Assembly: GCA_043739185.1 (NCBI GenBank)
Contig: JAYUEN010000131.1
Span: forward strand, 1-18,425
DNA: 18,425 nt
Source of the DNA: Bdellovibrionales bacterium
Lineage (GTDB): Bacteria; Bdellovibrionota; Bdellovibrionia; Bdellovibrionales; JAMPXM01
Reading direction: 5' to 3'
A program made the position numbers and the translations under genes. Of the stretch, positions 16,932 through 18,425 are shown in pieces; position 1 is the first letter of the stretch; every line of letters begins with the position of its first letter. The notes below the pieces were generated by a model. It was given only the letters and a program-made list of their open reading frames with translations. It searched no databases and had not been told where the DNA came from.

Positions 16932-17225
16932 ATGAAAGACGAAAGTGATACTAAAGGGGCCTCCCCAACGACTAGGGTTATCAAAGCTGAAAGGTACCGT
17001 GGCAAGGCTTTGGCTGGTTTTGTCGAAATCCATGCCTATACCAAGCATGGGACGACTTCAATGATCAGTGTAATGCCGCCTGAAAATTTGCAGATTGGCG
17101 AAATCCTTAAGACGAGAGTTTGGATTCTTGGAGCAAAGGAATTTGAGGTTTTGAGTGAGCATAAAAAAGCTATGAAATTACCAGGCACCTGGTATGAAGT
17201 TCGACTGGTAAAACAGGGTACTTAA
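16932..17225 (+). CDS. Small hypothetical protein (97 aa)
   Basis: ATG preceded by GAGGA. Fills an otherwise empty gap. No family recognised. Confidence 0.55.
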   Translation: MKDESDTKGASPTTRVIKAERYRGKALAGFVEIHAYTKHGTTSMISVMPPENLQIGEILKTRVWILGAKEFEVLSEHKKAMKLPGTWYEVRLVKQGT

Positions 17226-17334
17226 ACTGCGACGCATTTTCAAAAAAAATAAGAATATTATTGTTCCTGATTTGAAAAAGGCTCCGAAATACTTCATTTT
17301 GCTAACATTCACTTGAATTTGAAAGCGGGTGCGA

Positions 17335-17742
17335 TCAGGCTTGGTCGACTAGAGTGAGCAAATGTTTTTGTAGATCAGTATAGTGTTTAAAATATTGCGG
17401 AAGATTGAGATAAACTTCATTTGCGATTTTACGATTGTAAGTGTGGCTTGTTCGGTTTCGGTCTTCAAGCATTTGACTCCAAAGATCGTCATTTGATATC
17501 CAGCCCAGTTTAAAAGCCTCTTTAAAACAATCTCTCGGAGCCTTGGTGACAATACCTTTGTGTTCAAGAAATCGTTTGATAGTTTTCCAGGCCATTTCAA
17601 ATGAAAATTCAAATCTTTGAATGCAGGCATCAATTACAATTGAATTTTCATCGCCAACGGGAGTATTTAAGGCTTCACCAAAGCGGGAGATGGCATCTGA
17701 GAACATTTTAAGAGAATATTCTAATTTATTTTTTTGAGACAT
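17335..17742 (-). CDS. HEPN-domain toxin / nucleotidyltransferase substrate-binding protein (HI0074-like, HepT-type)
   Basis: 'DACIQRFEFSFEMAWK', 'PRDCFKEAF' and 'MLEDRNRTSHTYN', which contains the RX4HXY motif. Confidence 0.92.
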   Translation of the reverse strand: MSQKNKLEYSLKMFSDAISRFGEALNTPVGDENSIVIDACIQRFEFSFEMAWKTIKRFLEHKGIVTKAPRDCFKEAFKLGWISNDDLWSQMLEDRNRTSHTYNRKIANEVYLNLPQYFKHYTDLQKHLLTLVDQA

Positions 17743-18022
17743 CGATTAAATCGCCTTTTATAGTTTCTAGAAATTGAGAATCTGCTTTGTAACGATCGGT
17801 AATGTCAATACTATAGAGTGTTTTGAGATGATCGATATCTTCACGAAGTGTGGCCCATGTCTTTTTGTCAATTTGTGAGCCGATATCTATTAAAAAATCA
17901 AAATCGGCATTCGGAGTATTTTTTTGAGTTGCTCGAGAACCGAATAAAAAAACCTTAAATCCCTTTGGGAAGTGTTTGCTTAAGATTTTGTTTAGGTTTT
18001 CAATGATTTCAGTTTCCTTCAG
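17726..18022 (-). CDS. Minimal nucleotidyltransferase (MNT, MntA-type antitoxin), not in ORF track
   Basis: Manual translation: (L/M)KETEIIENLNKILSKHFPKGFKVFLFGSRATQKNTPNADFDFLIDIGSQIDKKTWATLREDIDHLKTLYSIDITDRYKADSQFLETIKGDLIDVSKK*. It has an exact GS-X10-DXD motif and overlaps the HEPN start by 17 nt. There is no in-frame ATG/GTG/TTG, so a CTG start at 18022 is inferred. Confidence 0.88.
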   Translation of the reverse strand: MKETEIIENLNKILSKHFPKGFKVFLFGSRATQKNTPNADFDFLIDIGSQIDKKTWATLREDIDHLKTLYSIDITDRYKADSQFLETIKGDLIDVSKK

Positions 18023-18071
18023 GAGAACAACCCTTCTTTTGGTGAATAGTTTGTTGTACCCTGAGAATCTG

Positions 18072-18096
18072 TTTCGACAAAATAAAAATTTCGACA
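18072..18096. promoter_or_regulatory. Direct repeat tttcgaca x2 in the putative MNT-HEPN promoter
   Basis: tttcgaca at 18072-18079 and 18089-18096. One copy overlaps a possible minus-strand -35 (TTGTCG) lying 16 nt from TACAAC. Confidence 0.25.
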
Positions 18097-18107
18097 GGCT
18101 TTGTTAG

Positions 18108-18320
18108 TTTGGGTTTGGTTGCGTGGGCCGGATTGGGCTGCGCGGGCCGGATTGGGCTGCGCGCATCCTGCGCTTGATCGCTTTCAGCGATCTCACTTCG
18201 TTCGCCTCAAAAGTCGCTTCCTGCGACTTTTGTGAACCGACGGCCTTCGTATATATCCTCGATTCAATTCCTGCGCCCAAACGACAAAACCCAAATGGCT
18301 AATCACTTTGTGATCATCCA
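18108..18320 (-). repeat. 213-bp tRNA-linked repeat unit containing a degenerate, interrupted copy of the tRNA-fMet 3' end
   Basis: 18108-18134 matches 18321-18347 at 26/27 nt. gaaccgacggccttcg (18235-18250) matches the tRNA fragment at 18349-18364 at 15/16 nt. Several perfect hairpins lie between these two pieces. Confidence 0.75.
18125..18162. repeat. Perfect 19-bp tandem duplication (gggccggattgggctgcgc x2)
   Basis: Identical units at 18125-18143 and 18144-18162. Confidence 0.95.
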
Positions 18321-18329
18321 TTTGGGTTT
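18279..18329 (-). terminator. Terminator-like hairpin directly after the tRNA CCA end
   Basis: 12-bp inverted repeat aaacccaaatgg (18287-18298) / ccatttgggttt (18318-18329) with an inner atcac/gtgat stem. On the minus strand it is followed by a T-rich run. Confidence 0.55.
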
Positions 18330-18373
18330 GGTTGCGGGGGCCGGATTTGAACCGACGACCTTCGGGTTATGAG
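18329..18373 (-). pseudogene. 3' half of initiator tRNA-fMet(CAT), from anticodon loop to CCA; probable att site
   Basis: Minus strand reads CTCATAACCCGAAGGTCGTCGGTTCAAATCCGGCCCCCGCAACCA, matching bacterial tRNA-fMet positions 32-76. Upstream sequence (…ctgacgctaacgct) does not supply the TCGGG anticodon stem, D arm or 5' acceptor strand. Confidence 0.88.
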
Positions 18374-18425
18374 AGCGTTAGCGTCAGTTTTGTAAGTGAT
18401 AGAGAAGATTCAGTTTTTCAAACAA

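Noticed and set aside
1043..17633. Short ORFs in the track nested in or antisense to the long genes (e.g. 1043-1264, 1505-1702, 6031-6346, 8428-8751, 14511-14741, 17349-17633)
   Set aside because: They overlap well-supported CDSs and show no recognisable motifs, so they are treated as shadow ORFs.
18108..18347. CRISPR array from the 27-bp and 19-bp repeats
   Set aside because: There are only two copies of each, with no regular spacers and no cas genes, and the repeats derive from tRNA sequence.
18329..18425. Intact tRNA-Met gene, or tRNA-fMet interrupted by a group I intron
   Set aside because: The 5' half is missing, so it is not intact. The whole anticodon loop is retained and is preceded by T rather than the terminal G a group I intron needs, which fits an att site better.

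Overview
AT-rich (roughly 40% GC by eye) bacterial chromosome segment. A Bdellovibrionota-like origin is inferred from the 'FQNC'-type vWA lipoprotein and the general protein style; this is not proven. The left 12.5 kb holds an apparently uncharacterised biosynthetic or lipid-modification locus. A BtaA/DUF3419-like SAM-dependent 3-amino-3-carboxypropyl transferase is transcribed divergently from a tight three-gene operon: class I HMG-CoA reductase fused to an APH/choline-kinase-type phosphotransferase, a rifampin-phosphotransferase-architecture dikinase, and an AurF-like diiron oxygenase. These are followed by a secreted hypothetical protein, an MMPL/RND exporter and an alpha/beta hydrolase. 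The right part carries a vWA lipoprotein, a methionyl-tRNA synthetase with a strongly altered amino-acid pocket and anticodon-binding residues, a DUF1456/YehS protein and a small hypothetical gene. It then has a HEPN/MNT (HepT/MntA-type) toxin-antitoxin pair whose antitoxin is missing from the ORF track and lacks a standard start codon. The window ends with a hairpin-rich tRNA-linked repeat and the 3' half of tRNA-fMet broken exactly at the anticodon loop, a probable attachment site of an integrative element lying beyond the right edge.
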